Positions 1-8,765 are shown, numbered from the stretch's first letter. The stretch is DNA of 64,000 nt from a virus (IMGVR_UViG_3300030107_007272:2023-66022); one strand, 5' to 3'. Made by a program: numbers and translations. Notes: generated by a model from the letters alone, not told the origin.

Positions 1-19
1 AAAATAACCTTTTCATTTT

Positions 20-235
20 TTACTCCTTTATTATTTCTGTATCTTTCATTTTAATAATTTTTATTTTGGTTTCCTCTAACCACTTAATCCATTCATCAAT
101 CTGTGTAATAATTTTCATTTTATCAACATCGTGGTCTTCATTATCAAGTATTTTATCAACCCATTTTTTAATCATAGCAAGATAACCCGATAACCAAGTA
201 GCAATCTCTTTTCTTTCTGTTGTCCATACACTCAT
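20..235 (-). CDS. hypothetical protein
   Basis: 71 aa ORF with AGGAG RBS and an upstream sigma70-like promoter. Confidence 0.75.
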   Translation of the reverse strand: MSVWTTERKEIATWLSGYLAMIKKWVDKILDNEDHDVDKMKIITQIDEWIKWLEETKIKIIKMKDTEIIKE

Positions 236-247
236 TTTGTTACTCCT

Positions 248-278
248 AAAGCTAACTAAAATTAGCTATATTAGTCAA
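248..278 (-). promoter_or_regulatory. sigma70-like promoter TTGACT-N18-TAGCTT
   Basis: Minus strand reads gcTTGACTaatatagctaattttagtTAGCTTtaggag; same form as 46303-46332. Confidence 0.55.
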
Positions 279-387
279 GCACTTTGTAAACTAATTTATA
301 GTTTATTTCATGTGAAGAGGTTTTTACCCACTTCTCTGTGAACGGAGTAAAGGATCGTGTCGCTGATTTTTTTACTTTGAGATTCAT
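271..387 (-). CDS. small hypothetical protein (38 aa, MNLKVKKSATRSFTPFTEKW...), not in ORF track
   Basis: ATG at 387 preceded by AAGGA; TAA at 271-273; ATATTTATA motif just upstream. Confidence 0.5.
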   Translation of the reverse strand: MNLKVKKSATRSFTPFTEKWVKTSSHEINYKLVYKVLD

Positions 388-397
388 TTTCCTTACC

Positions 398-406
398 TAT
401 AAATAT
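398..406 (-). promoter_or_regulatory. ATATTTATA motif, putative phage-specific (late-type) promoter
   Basis: The same 9-mer recurs shortly upstream of gene starts at 5289, 16311, 23927, 37483 and 57213. Confidence 0.5.
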
Positions 407-996
407 TAAAAAGTATACTCTAAACCAACCTTACCCTTGTAAAATTGTTTTGCTTGTAGTTTAGAGACTTCTCCTAAATTATACAACCTTACCTTGTCTG
501 TTAATTTCCAAGAAACTTTAAATTTATCCTCAAACTCAAATGTAGTATTTTCACCATTTTCATCAGGTGGTAAGTAACCATCAAAAGATACTTCAACCTC
601 TATTCTACCATCTTTGTAAGTTTTCTTTTTAACAACACCTATTGAAGCAAAAGTTTGAAAATTCAGACTAAACACATTCTCATTATTATTACGACTTGTA
701 AAACCCCAACTGACACCCTTCCATTTTTTTCGCCAGTCAATTTTTAGATACTTTACATTTTGACTTTCTTTATTCATATACTCTGGTTTGAAATATAAAT
801 AATTATCATATTTCAACCAAACTAAATCGTCAAGATAATATTCACCAAGTTCTCGCTCCCATTGACGATTTATGTAAAAATTATCGTGACTTAAACCAAC
901 GCTTATTTCATAGTCATCAGGATTTGGTTGTACATTTGGTGTCCTAACAGCGAATGAATTGAAAAACATTACACCTGCTAATAAACTATCTAGCAT
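406..996 (-). CDS. putative outer-membrane beta-barrel protein
   Basis: Alternating aromatic/hydrophobic beta strands; C-terminus KVGLEYTF matches the OMP terminal-Phe signature. Confidence 0.5.
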   Translation of the reverse strand: MLDSLLAGVMFFNSFAVRTPNVQPNPDDYEISVGLSHDNFYINRQWERELGEYYLDDLVWLKYDNYLYFKPEYMNKESQNVKYLKIDWRKKWKGVSWGFTSRNNNENVFSLNFQTFASIGVVKKKTYKDGRIEVEVSFDGYLPPDENGENTTFEFEDKFKVSWKLTDKVRLYNLGEVSKLQAKQFYKGKVGLEYTF

Positions 997-1140
997 TTAT
1001 TTCTCCACTTTTCTTCTTTGCTCTGATCTTTTTTCTTTTTTACGCTTTCTTGGCTTTTTGATTCTTCTATCATCACCACTTCTTTTATCTAAACCTATCC
1101 ATTTTTTTAGAGTTTCGATAGCTTCTAAGAATTTACTCAT
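997..1140 (-). CDS. small basic hypothetical protein (47 aa, MSKFLEAIETLKKWIG...), not in ORF track
   Basis: ATG at 1140 with AGGAG RBS; fills the gap between neighbours exactly. Confidence 0.65.
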   Translation of the reverse strand: MSKFLEAIETLKKWIGLDKRSGDDRRIKKPRKRKKEKRSEQRRKVEK

Positions 1141-1353
1141 TTATTTACTCCTAGTTGTTTTATTGATTTTTAACAGGTCAATTTCATAAGGACCACCATT
1201 TTTATCCATCTTACAAGCATTAGTGCTGTAAACTTGTCTCTTACTTGAACCTGTTGTATTAAATATCTTTTCCCACCTTTTATCCCATTCTTTAGGTGAA
1301 ATATTTCTTCTTAATTTATCTCCCTTTCCTGCATCGCTATATTTATTTTTCAT
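1141..1353 (-). CDS. hypothetical phage protein (MKNKYSDAGKGDKLRR...)
   Basis: Start moved to ATG at 1353, which overlaps the upstream stop (ATGA). Confidence 0.65.
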   Translation of the reverse strand: MKNKYSDAGKGDKLRRNISPKEWDKRWEKIFNTTGSSKRQVYSTNACKMDKNGGPYEIDLLKINKTTRSK

Positions 1354-1508
1354 AAATTCCAGCCCATAATAACAAAATGAAAATAAGTATAACCAAAAAC
1401 AATCCACAAAAACATTTTAAAATTTTCCCATTTAATATCTGAGTCTGTTGCCCTTGCTTTATCGTGTGCATCTCTTATAATTTTTTGACCTAACCAATTT
1501 CTAGCCAT
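1350..1508 (-). CDS. small membrane protein (52 aa, MARNWLGQKIIRDAH...), not in ORF track
   Basis: ATG at 1508 with AGGAG RBS; C-terminal hydrophobic helix; TGA overlaps next ATG. Confidence 0.65.
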   Translation of the reverse strand: MARNWLGQKIIRDAHDKARATDSDIKWENFKMFLWIVFGYTYFHFVIMGWNL

Positions 1509-2057
1509 TTAGTCTCCTAATAATTTAGAACCCATTTTCGAGTTTTTTATTTTATTTAAATCACTTTTTATATCGGCTAAACCAACTTCTATTTTTTTAA
1601 TCTTTTTATTAAAGTTATTATTTATCTTATCTAAATCACTTGATAACTCTTCAATTAAGTCATATTGATCGTCATCATCGTGTTTACTTGCACCTAACCT
1701 AAAATCATTTTGAACTGTATAAGCTTTATACTCCTCTAAAGTTACCATATCACCTAATTTTTTGTTAAGTTTTTGTTGTTGATTTAGTATATCTATTAGA
1801 GCATTATCTAACTCTTGACCACTCTCTATAATTTTACCAAGTCTACTCATATTATCTAGCATATCATTTAATTGTTTTATATAGGAGCGAACTGTGTTAG
1901 GATCTGACACTTCTACAAAAGCAGAAACTTTATCATCTGTTTCTTTATATTTTACATCCCATTTTGCTGTTTGTTCTTCAACTTTCGTCACACCGAGGTA
2001 CAAACCACCTACAAAACAAATTAGACATCCTAATGATATAATTATTGTGTTTTTCAT
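1509..2057 (-). CDS. membrane-anchored coiled-coil protein
   Basis: N-terminal TM/signal segment followed by heptad-rich helical sequence. Confidence 0.65.
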   Translation of the reverse strand: MKNTIIISLGCLICFVGGLYLGVTKVEEQTAKWDVKYKETDDKVSAFVEVSDPNTVRSYIKQLNDMLDNMSRLGKIIESGQELDNALIDILNQQQKLNKKLGDMVTLEEYKAYTVQNDFRLGASKHDDDDQYDLIEELSSDLDKINNNFNKKIKKIEVGLADIKSDLNKIKNSKMGSKLLGD

Positions 2058-2069
2058 AATTAACCTTAC

Positions 2070-3191
2070 TTATTTTAATATCGTTATTTTAACAGCATCT
2101 GTATCATTTATTATGTAATAAATTCCAGCAGATATTTTATCGGTATTCCAAATATACTTCCCATCTATGTCAATTTGTTTTATTAGTCTACCCCTTATAT
2201 CATATATAGTCGTATAACCATTTCCAAATATACTTATATGATTATTTGATGGATTAGGAAAGACTATAACTTTATCTTCGTTTAAAACTGAATATTGACT
2301 AGTTAGTTGTTTAAACTCTGAAGGTGTTACTATTGACTCCAAATAATTTATCGCTCGTTGTTGATTCCCACCTATGATTTGTTGTAATAAAAAAATAACA
2401 TCTAAAACATTTATAGAACCATCACTATTTATGTCTGAACTTTCTATTGAACATCCATCATTAGCATGACCTAATACAATATCTACTAATAATAAAATAT
2501 CAAATAAATCAACAAAAGCATCACCATTTAAGTTACCTACATAAAAAGAAATGTTATCACAAGGATCACAATAATCACCAATGCCGTCTAAATCATAATC
2601 CTCTTGGTTAGGATTATATTCCTCTATACAATTATCAACATCATCTAATACACCATCCTCATCCATATCTAATATTAGCGTAGATAAACCTGTTTCTATT
2701 GCCGTAATTATAGCACTCTGATTAAATCCAGATTGTGAATAAATTACTTGTCCAGCACCATTTATGACAATGTTGTGAGGGACATAACCAACACCGAATA
2801 AGGAATAAATGTTACCACCACTATTATCATCTAAAATTGGTAATGTTTGACCAAACGATGTTGCCCAACCTTGACAACTATAAGGTTGATTCCAATCCAT
2901 TCCAGCAGTTACCACTTCTACTCTTTGTCCTAGATATTCTTGATAAATATATTCAATGATCGGAGCCTCCGATTGACAAGGTCCTCACCAAGTTGCGAAT
3001 GAAGCTATGAACACAACTTTATTGTGTCCAACAGAGTCATAAGACCAATAACCATCTCCATTGTAACATATATCGGCACCAAAATCTTGAACAAAATCAC
3101 CCTCAACATATGTCTGTGCTAAAGTTTTATTTGTAAAACCAGAGAACAAAATGAACCCAATTATCCAGTATAATATTTTTTTAACTATCAA
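2070..3191 (-). CDS. secreted selenocysteine-containing TlpA/thioredoxin-fold protein with TSP3 repeats, dockerin-like domain and secretion-type C-terminal tail (373 aa by TGA readthrough at 2985-2987)
   Basis: ORFs 2985-3191 and 2070-2915 are in one frame; junction reads SFATW-(TGA)-GPCQSEAPIIEYIYQEY...; signal peptide; DNC...NPNQEDYDLDGIGDYCD; two GD/N-x-N-x-DG EF-like motifs; VFPNPSN...IYDIRGR...GIYY tail. Confidence 0.85.
2954..2975 (-). promoter_or_regulatory. putative bacterial-type SECIS hairpin
   Basis: Sense CAATCGGAGGCTCCGATCATTG: ATCGGA/TCCGAT stem with G-starting loop 17 nt after the TGA; GC-rich in an AT-rich context. Confidence 0.65.
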
Positions 3192-3298
3192 AAGAACACT
3201 CTCCTTAAAATTTTAATTACAAAAAACCAACTTGTTAAAGAAAATAAAGGTATGATAACAACCCAAACAAACAAATTATACCAATCTATTTTTCTCAC
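3188..3298 (-). CDS. small membrane peptide (36 aa, MRKIDWYNLFVWVVIIPLFS...), not in ORF track
   Basis: GTG start overlaps def stop and TGA overlaps next TTG start; single hydrophobic helix. Confidence 0.55.
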   Translation of the reverse strand: MRKIDWYNLFVWVVIIPLFSLTSWFFVIKILRRVFF

Positions 3299-3918
3299 TC
3301 CATTACCCATCCTTGATTTAACAGGTTATGTGCCTTTTTGTATTTTAATACTTTAACAGCATCACCTCTTTTAATCGTTACTAACTGATTTCTACCTATT
3401 TTCTTTTCCACTTTAACAGTTGTTTCTCGTTTTCTATCTTGAACAGTTTTACCATTCAAGTGATCTATTTCATGTTGAATACAAACAGACTCAAGTAATC
3501 TTTGTTCTTGGTCGTGTTTAGACGCAACTTCCCAAGTACCTTTAGCATCTTTTGAAGACTCAGCTCCACTAAAATACCATTTTGATTTCTCTTGGTCTGT
3601 ACTTATAATTATATCCCTATATCTTTTTGTGGATACTCGTCTGCCAGGAAAAGATAAACAACCTTCAAAAAAATTAATTTCATTTTCCTTTGATATAATC
3701 TTCGGATTGATGAGTACCAAAGGTTTACGAACATTGACAACGGCCACTTGTGCATCAATTCCCACTTGATTAGCTGCCAACCCAATGCCGTCCCCTCTTT
3801 TGTTAAGTATCTGAAATAATTCTGTTGCGATAGCCAATCCTTCTTCAACTGATACCTCACGAAGTTTTTTGTTAATGATAGGGTTGTGTTCTTTTATACA
3901 ATTTATTACTTTCTTCAT
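3295..3918 (-). CDS. def: peptide deformylase
   Basis: Motifs GIGLAANQVG, EGCLS and QHEIDHLNG. Confidence 0.95.
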   Translation of the reverse strand: MKKVINCIKEHNPIINKKLREVSVEEGLAIATELFQILNKRGDGIGLAANQVGIDAQVAVVNVRKPLVLINPKIISKENEINFFEGCLSFPGRRVSTKRYRDIIISTDQEKSKWYFSGAESSKDAKGTWEVASKHDQEQRLLESVCIQHEIDHLNGKTVQDRKRETTVKVEKKIGRNQLVTIKRGDAVKVLKYKKAHNLLNQGWVME

Positions 3919-3924
3919 ATTAAT

Positions 3925-3953
3925 AAGTTACGAAGAAATAATCAATTTGTCAA
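3925..3953 (-). promoter_or_regulatory. sigma70-like promoter TTGACA-N17-TAACTT (likely leaderless def mRNA)
   Basis: -10 element ends 6 nt before the def ATG. Confidence 0.65.
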
Positions 3954-4120
3954 GGTATTTTTTTTATAATATGGGATGGTATTACATAAACAGCACCTGT
4001 ACCAGTAACTATTCTGGTGAATCCCTCAGCAGCCTGTCCCTCAATAACAACTTTCTCTCCACGATGAAGAGCACCTTTATCATTATAAAAGTCTTTAATT
4101 AATATTGCTTTTTGTTTCAT
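3950..4120 (-). CDS. small hypothetical protein (56 aa, MKQKAILIKDFYNDKGALHRGEKV...), not in ORF track
   Basis: ATGA overlap with upstream stop; GAGAGG RBS; beta-rich SH3-like pattern. Confidence 0.65.
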   Translation of the reverse strand: MKQKAILIKDFYNDKGALHRGEKVVIEGQAAEGFTRIVTGTGAVYVIPSHIIKKIP

Positions 4121-4656
4121 TTATAAAACCTCTCTGATGAAGGCATATGACCATTGTGTGATAGAAAACAATTCGGGCATAATAATCTAAGATTATCAAG
4201 GTGATTGTTAGTAACATCACCATCTATATAATCTAATCGAAGAGCAACTGAGTCTTTACCTATTACCATTTCATTATATCCACAAGAGCTACATTCCTCT
4301 TCAACCCATTTTTCTTTTATCAACCTTCTTTTAATATACCCAGCTCTCATTCGGTATTTTTTGCTTCCATCTAATATTTGGTCAAGTGATTTTATCCACC
4401 TTCCATATCCTTTTTTTATACCCACACCTGCTGGATTTAGGTGTTTTTCAAATAAACCATATATTCTAGCATACTTGCGATAAGTTAAGTAACTGACACC
4501 TAACCATCTAGCAGCAGCCATGTTTGATTTGGTTTGTGATTGAGCATCTTCAATCATTTTTTTAGTTACAACTAAACGATGACCTTTGATTCGTATTGGT
4601 TTCTGAAAATTACGACTTGACATAAATTTTTTCGTTAGAATCAAATTGTATCTCAA
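4117..4656 (-). CDS. HTH + HNH-like zinc-finger protein (true start probably 4623)
   Basis: AAARWLGVSY helix-turn-helix; CSSCG...LDYIDGDVTNNHLDNLRLLCPNC. Confidence 0.75.
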   Translation of the reverse strand: MRYNLILTKKFMSSRNFQKPIRIKGHRLVVTKKMIEDAQSQTKSNMAAARWLGVSYLTYRKYARIYGLFEKHLNPAGVGIKKGYGRWIKSLDQILDGSKKYRMRAGYIKRRLIKEKWVEEECSSCGYNEMVIGKDSVALRLDYIDGDVTNNHLDNLRLLCPNCFLSHNGHMPSSERFYK

Positions 4657-4831
4657 CTCCCTCTTTCAAATCAAGAGCAAAGTTGTCATTTGTCTTACGA
4701 TAAATTTTAGAGTCGTTATCTCTAAATAAACGAAAAACCTCACCAGGATTAATTTCAGAGAATCTATCCTCATCAAATTCACTACCCACACTCGGTGGAT
4801 CGTATCTATCTTTAGCATGATCGTTTGACAT
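4610..4831 (-). CDS. hypothetical protein
   Basis: 73 aa ORF in the co-oriented gene run. Confidence 0.65.
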   Translation of the reverse strand: MSNDHAKDRYDPPSVGSEFDEDRFSEINPGEVFRLFRDNDSKIYRKTNDNFALDLKEGVEIQFDSNEKIYVKS

Positions 4832-4833
4832 AA

Positions 4834-5067
4834 TTAATCACTTACCCTTTCAGATTCTTGTAAATCCCTAATTATTTTAGAAATATATTCAAAGTTTTCG
4901 GATACAATTTCAAAAACATTAACCTCCGAATAACTTACTCTAACTGCATCATTTTTTTTATATAATTTGACATCTAATTTAACATAGGCATCATCAATAG
5001 CAGCTTTGATATTTCTTATTTGTACACTAGCATCATTACTTATTTTCATTTTTGTCTCCGAATTCAA
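4834..5067 (-). CDS. hypothetical protein (start probably 5049)
   Basis: ORF; GGAG precedes ATG of MKISND. Confidence 0.6.
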   Translation of the reverse strand: MNSETKMKISNDASVQIRNIKAAIDDAYVKLDVKLYKKNDAVRVSYSEVNVFEIVSENFEYISKIIRDLQESERVSD

Positions 5068-5269
5068 TTTGAATTTGATTTTTGTCTTTTTGTTTTAACT
5101 CCTCAGGCACATTATTAAATGTGCCATCATGGTTGATTAGAAAACTACCAATATCATGATTTAATTTTTGAAGTTCGTTGAATGACAACTGTCTGACGAA
5201 ATGTTTTTCCTCTCTATCAACTATTGTTGCCATTAAATTATTAATATATAAACCTAATTTATCTTTCAC
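5036..5269 (-). CDS. hypothetical protein
   Basis: GTG start with GAGG RBS; ATATTTATA motif upstream at 5289-5297. Confidence 0.65.
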   Translation of the reverse strand: MKDKLGLYINNLMATIVDREEKHFVRQLSFNELQKLNHDIGSFLINHDGTFNNVPEELKQKDKNQIQIEFGDKNENK

Positions 5270-5287
5270 TATAACCTCTTATTACAC

Positions 5288-6523
5288 TTATAAATATAAA
5301 TTACTCTTACAAACAATCAGATTTTTTTCGTATGTGTCTAATGATTTTATGTAAAACTTAAATATGTCATACTCCATCTCACCTATCTCACCACTATCAT
5401 TTAACATTTTTGATAAATTAACTAAAACCTGAAAGTTTTCGTTATTTAATTTAGTGACATTAAATTCTACGCAAATGTCGTGTATATTAGATATTTTACT
5501 GTGACCATATAATTTTATTCTTTCACTTAAATCAAAAGATGTATTTGATTGCTCTTCATTTCTATATTCACTTATATAATCTGAACCAGCATCTAAATAT
5601 ATCTTACTACACCAAGGCTCTAATTCATACAACATCTGTTTATTACAATTGTATGCCACAAAAGCAACATCATACTTCGGTGGAACAATAGGATTTAATA
5701 ATTCATCATGATTGACCATGTGTCCCCACTTACGAATAAAGTTACGAGTAGACCTAAGATTTTGAGCTAGCCACTCTGAGGATTCTCTACCTTTCATAAA
5801 GACTTGACCTGCTGGATTTCTCATAGCTCCATCTTTGAATCTACTACCTCTACAAGTCATATGATATACAAATCCTCTCCAAGTTTGAATAAACTCATAA
5901 CCAGCTAATTGAAACCTATTAAATATATCTGAGTCCTCTTTAGATTGTGGAGCATACAATGGATCATGTCCGCCAATAGATTGGAAGTCGTCTTTGTATA
6001 TAGCCCAAGGAGCGAAGATACCTTGGGTTGGTTTTTTTGTGTAATCCACACCTTCATCTAAAAATGTAATTAGTCCTAACTCATCGAACTCTTCAGGTTC
6101 TATTCCAAAATCTTGTAATATCTTTTCAGGACCATCAGGATGTAGTGGTGGTTCTATTCTTGTAGCAGATACAACTTTACCTCGCTCTAAATGTTTTAGA
6201 ACTTCTTCATCCATTTTAGGACAAGCATACATATCAGCGTGATAAATCATCACGATGTCACTTGTAGCGTATTCATTGATTAATGTATCATAAAGTATCG
6301 TGTGACCTAATCTTGTAGGACCTTCATTACGATGTATTTTTACATTCCCATCCTTTTCAGCAACCTCTTGCATCCATTCCCAAGTTCCATCATCAGAGAA
6401 ATCATCAGCCCAACATATCTCGTGACGATACCCTAAGTTTTTACGAATGCTATTGTAAGACCACTTCAAATATTTTAAATTATTTCTACTTGGTTGTATG
6501 AAACTTATAATTTTATCACTCAT
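5288..6523 (-). CDS. glycosyltransferase family 2
   Basis: ISFIQPSRNN, ADDFSDDGT, YHADMY, EDSD motifs of GT-A/GT2. Confidence 0.85.
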   Translation of the reverse strand: MSDKIISFIQPSRNNLKYLKWSYNSIRKNLGYRHEICWADDFSDDGTWEWMQEVAEKDGNVKIHRNEGPTRLGHTILYDTLINEYATSDIVMIYHADMYACPKMDEEVLKHLERGKVVSATRIEPPLHPDGPEKILQDFGIEPEEFDELGLITFLDEGVDYTKKPTQGIFAPWAIYKDDFQSIGGHDPLYAPQSKEDSDIFNRFQLAGYEFIQTWRGFVYHMTCRGSRFKDGAMRNPAGQVFMKGRESSEWLAQNLRSTRNFIRKWGHMVNHDELLNPIVPPKYDVAFVAYNCNKQMLYELEPWCSKIYLDAGSDYISEYRNEEQSNTSFDLSERIKLYGHSKISNIHDICVEFNVTKLNNENFQVLVNLSKMLNDSGEIGEMEYDIFKFYIKSLDTYEKNLIVCKSNLYL

Positions 6524-7406
6524 CTATTATTGCCCTTCCCTTTAAATTTTTCCAATCTTCTTCTGGTCTAACTTCTAAATTTTTTTCCCAAACCCCATAT
6601 AAAACAGTTGGCTCTATTCCAATATCCTCGGCAAAATCAATCATAGCTTGGATGTCCTTTGGAAAACAACTTCCACCAAAGCCAAATTTACCATCGTGAC
6701 CAGGCACATTTAAATGTGTGTGTCCAACTCTACCATCACTTACAAAACCAGAGACAGCATCTTCCCAATCAACATTAACCTTTTTTGCTATTTGATACAT
6801 TTCATTCATAAAAGATACCTTAGTAGCAAAAAAACAATTACTCATATATTTAATCATTTCAGCAGTTTCATAATTTGTCTCTAATATAGCGACACAGTTA
6901 CCAAATCTATCTTGAATTAGTTTTTTGAAATTTTTAGATTGTTGTTTACTAAAATCAGAGTCATCACTACCAATGATAAAACGACTTTGATTTATAAAAT
7001 CAAAATTAGCAGACTTTTCAGTTAAAAATTCAGGATTAAATAATAGATTTAAATCTTTATACTTTTGTTGTAAAGCCCAGGTTGTACCTGGTAAAACAGT
7101 AGACCTAATTAAAATAACACCTGATGGATTTTGTGTTTGACCTCTACATATATCATTAATTTTAGATAACACATCATCTAAAATATCTGTGTTAAGTGAA
7201 CCATCTTTGTTTGCTGGCGTTGGAACTGATAAAAATATAAAATCTGATTCGTTTACTGTCTCCTCTAAAGTATGAGTTGATTTAAGTGGGTTTTTATCAT
7301 AAACTCTAACTTCAGCCTCACACCCAATACTTGATGAAAAACCAAATCTTACGGCACCACCAACAAATCCATTTCCCACTATGCCTATTTTTTGTTTTAT
7401 TTTCAT
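6516..7406 (-). CDS. UDP-glucose/GDP-mannose dehydrogenase family protein (short form)
   Basis: GIVGNGFVG, SVPTP, RSTVLPGT, NPEFL, GFGGSCFPKD. Confidence 0.9.
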   Translation of the reverse strand: MKIKQKIGIVGNGFVGGAVRFGFSSSIGCEAEVRVYDKNPLKSTHTLEETVNESDFIFLSVPTPANKDGSLNTDILDDVLSKINDICRGQTQNPSGVILIRSTVLPGTTWALQQKYKDLNLLFNPEFLTEKSANFDFINQSRFIIGSDDSDFSKQQSKNFKKLIQDRFGNCVAILETNYETAEMIKYMSNCFFATKVSFMNEMYQIAKKVNVDWEDAVSGFVSDGRVGHTHLNVPGHDGKFGFGGSCFPKDIQAMIDFAEDIGIEPTVLYGVWEKNLEVRPEEDWKNLKGRAIIDE

Positions 7407-8341
7407 TTGAAAACTTTCCTCATCTCATTTAAAAGTTTAGAATAGTCGTTTGTCTGACCTTTATCTATCACTACATTAATATCAGAATTAGATAGTTTTT
7501 TAATGTAAGAGTTTTGTTTAGTTAAATAACCAGGTCTTAATTCTTTACCACTTGGTACATAAAATAAAACGGGCTTTTCGAAGTATGAGCATAGAACACC
7601 ACCACCACCATTACTGGTTATAAAACCCTCGGCACTAGTAAAACACTTCATCTGAAATTCGTTGTATCCATAGTTACCCCTATCCATTTGATTTAAATTA
7701 TAAACATTATCATAATAATCACATAATCCATAATCACTCATAGTGCCTTGATCGGTCATTTCAGAAAATCGATACCCACCTTGTAGAGTTGCCATTTCAT
7801 TTTGGTCTGGTGCAAATTCTGTATTATCTGGTCTCTTATATATTACATTGTATCCAGCCTCTTGTAGATAATAGAACATATTACTTAAAGTATTTAAATT
7901 AAAATATCTTCTTGACTCAGTAATATCATTAGCAGACTCAATATTAAAATTATTATTTACTATAATATAAGGTTTCAAATTATCAAAATGTTTTGTTTCA
8001 TATTGTTTTTTGTATGGTGGCGGAGTCCATTTTGAATAATCTAAAACACCATTTGCTTCTGCCTTTTCTGAGTCTGATAACTCTGAATAATCCTTATTAA
8101 ACAATACCTCAGAATTATGATGAACCCAATTATTTGGTACATCTTTTAAACCATTTGTATTTAAATCAAAAGTTCTGTATTCGTGCCTCTCCTCTATGTC
8201 GTCACAAAAATAATAAAATGCTTTCATACCTTTGCTTGTAATCACCTTTTTTAATTGATTATTTTGATGTAACCAATAAACATAAGGTATGACACAAACT
8301 AATTCTGATGCGAATTCACAATTAACTTTTATTGTTTTCAT
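7403..8341 (-). CDS. putative glycosyltransferase / glycan-cluster protein
   Basis: Cluster context; weak GT-B-like C-terminus (FITSNGGGGVL). Confidence 0.4.
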   Translation of the reverse strand: MKTIKVNCEFASELVCVIPYVYWLHQNNQLKKVITSKGMKAFYYFCDDIEERHEYRTFDLNTNGLKDVPNNWVHHNSEVLFNKDYSELSDSEKAEANGVLDYSKWTPPPYKKQYETKHFDNLKPYIIVNNNFNIESANDITESRRYFNLNTLSNMFYYLQEAGYNVIYKRPDNTEFAPDQNEMATLQGGYRFSEMTDQGTMSDYGLCDYYDNVYNLNQMDRGNYGYNEFQMKCFTSAEGFITSNGGGGVLCSYFEKPVLFYVPSGKELRPGYLTKQNSYIKKLSNSDINVVIDKGQTNDYSKLLNEMRKVFK

Positions 8342-8765
8342 CTATAAAACCTTTAAATTGCTCATCTAATTTATTTTTAGCGTTAGCTCTATTTTCATTA
8401 GCCTTTCTAATTAACTTGTGATTTCTTGTGAAATGTTCTAAGGATGGATTTTCAGATGTGGCTTCTTTTAAATTAGCCCTATCTCCTTCACCAGTTGTTA
8501 TATCATTGTGAATCAACTCTTCAAGGGTTTCAACTATATCATCTGGCTTATAAGTTCTTTTTTCGGATATGTAATCATACTTACCTGTTTCATAAACATC
8601 ATCAAATAAAATAAATAATCTTTCTTTTATTTCCAATATTAATTTTTCTTGATGTTCAATATTTTCATCAACACCTTCTTTCTTAAAAAAATATAATTTA
8701 ATATTCTCTGATATTAATCTATCTAATAATGCTGAAAGCGTATCTATGTTTGTTATGTAACTCAT
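8322..8765 (-). CDS. DUF4254-like helical protein
   Basis: TLSALLDRLISENIK resembles TLSELIDRLSIVQLK of 20780-21178. Confidence 0.45.
   Translation of the reverse strand: MSYITNIDTLSALLDRLISENIKLYFFKKEGVDENIEHQEKLILEIKERLFILFDDVYETGKYDYISEKRTYKPDDIVETLEELIHNDITTGEGDRANLKEATSENPSLEHFTRNHKLIRKANENRANAKNKLDEQFKGFIDENNKS

Noticed and set aside
994-1511. Three in-frame TAA-ATG junctions (1509/1508, 1141/1140, 997/996) as readthrough fusions
   Set aside because: Each downstream ATG has its own GGAG RBS; this is ordinary tight packing
2916-2987. Pseudogene or two-gene reading of the thioredoxin locus
   Set aside because: The only disruption is a TGA exactly at the catalytic Cys position, followed by a SECIS-like hairpin; the rest is intact. 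Kept only as the refuting alternative.
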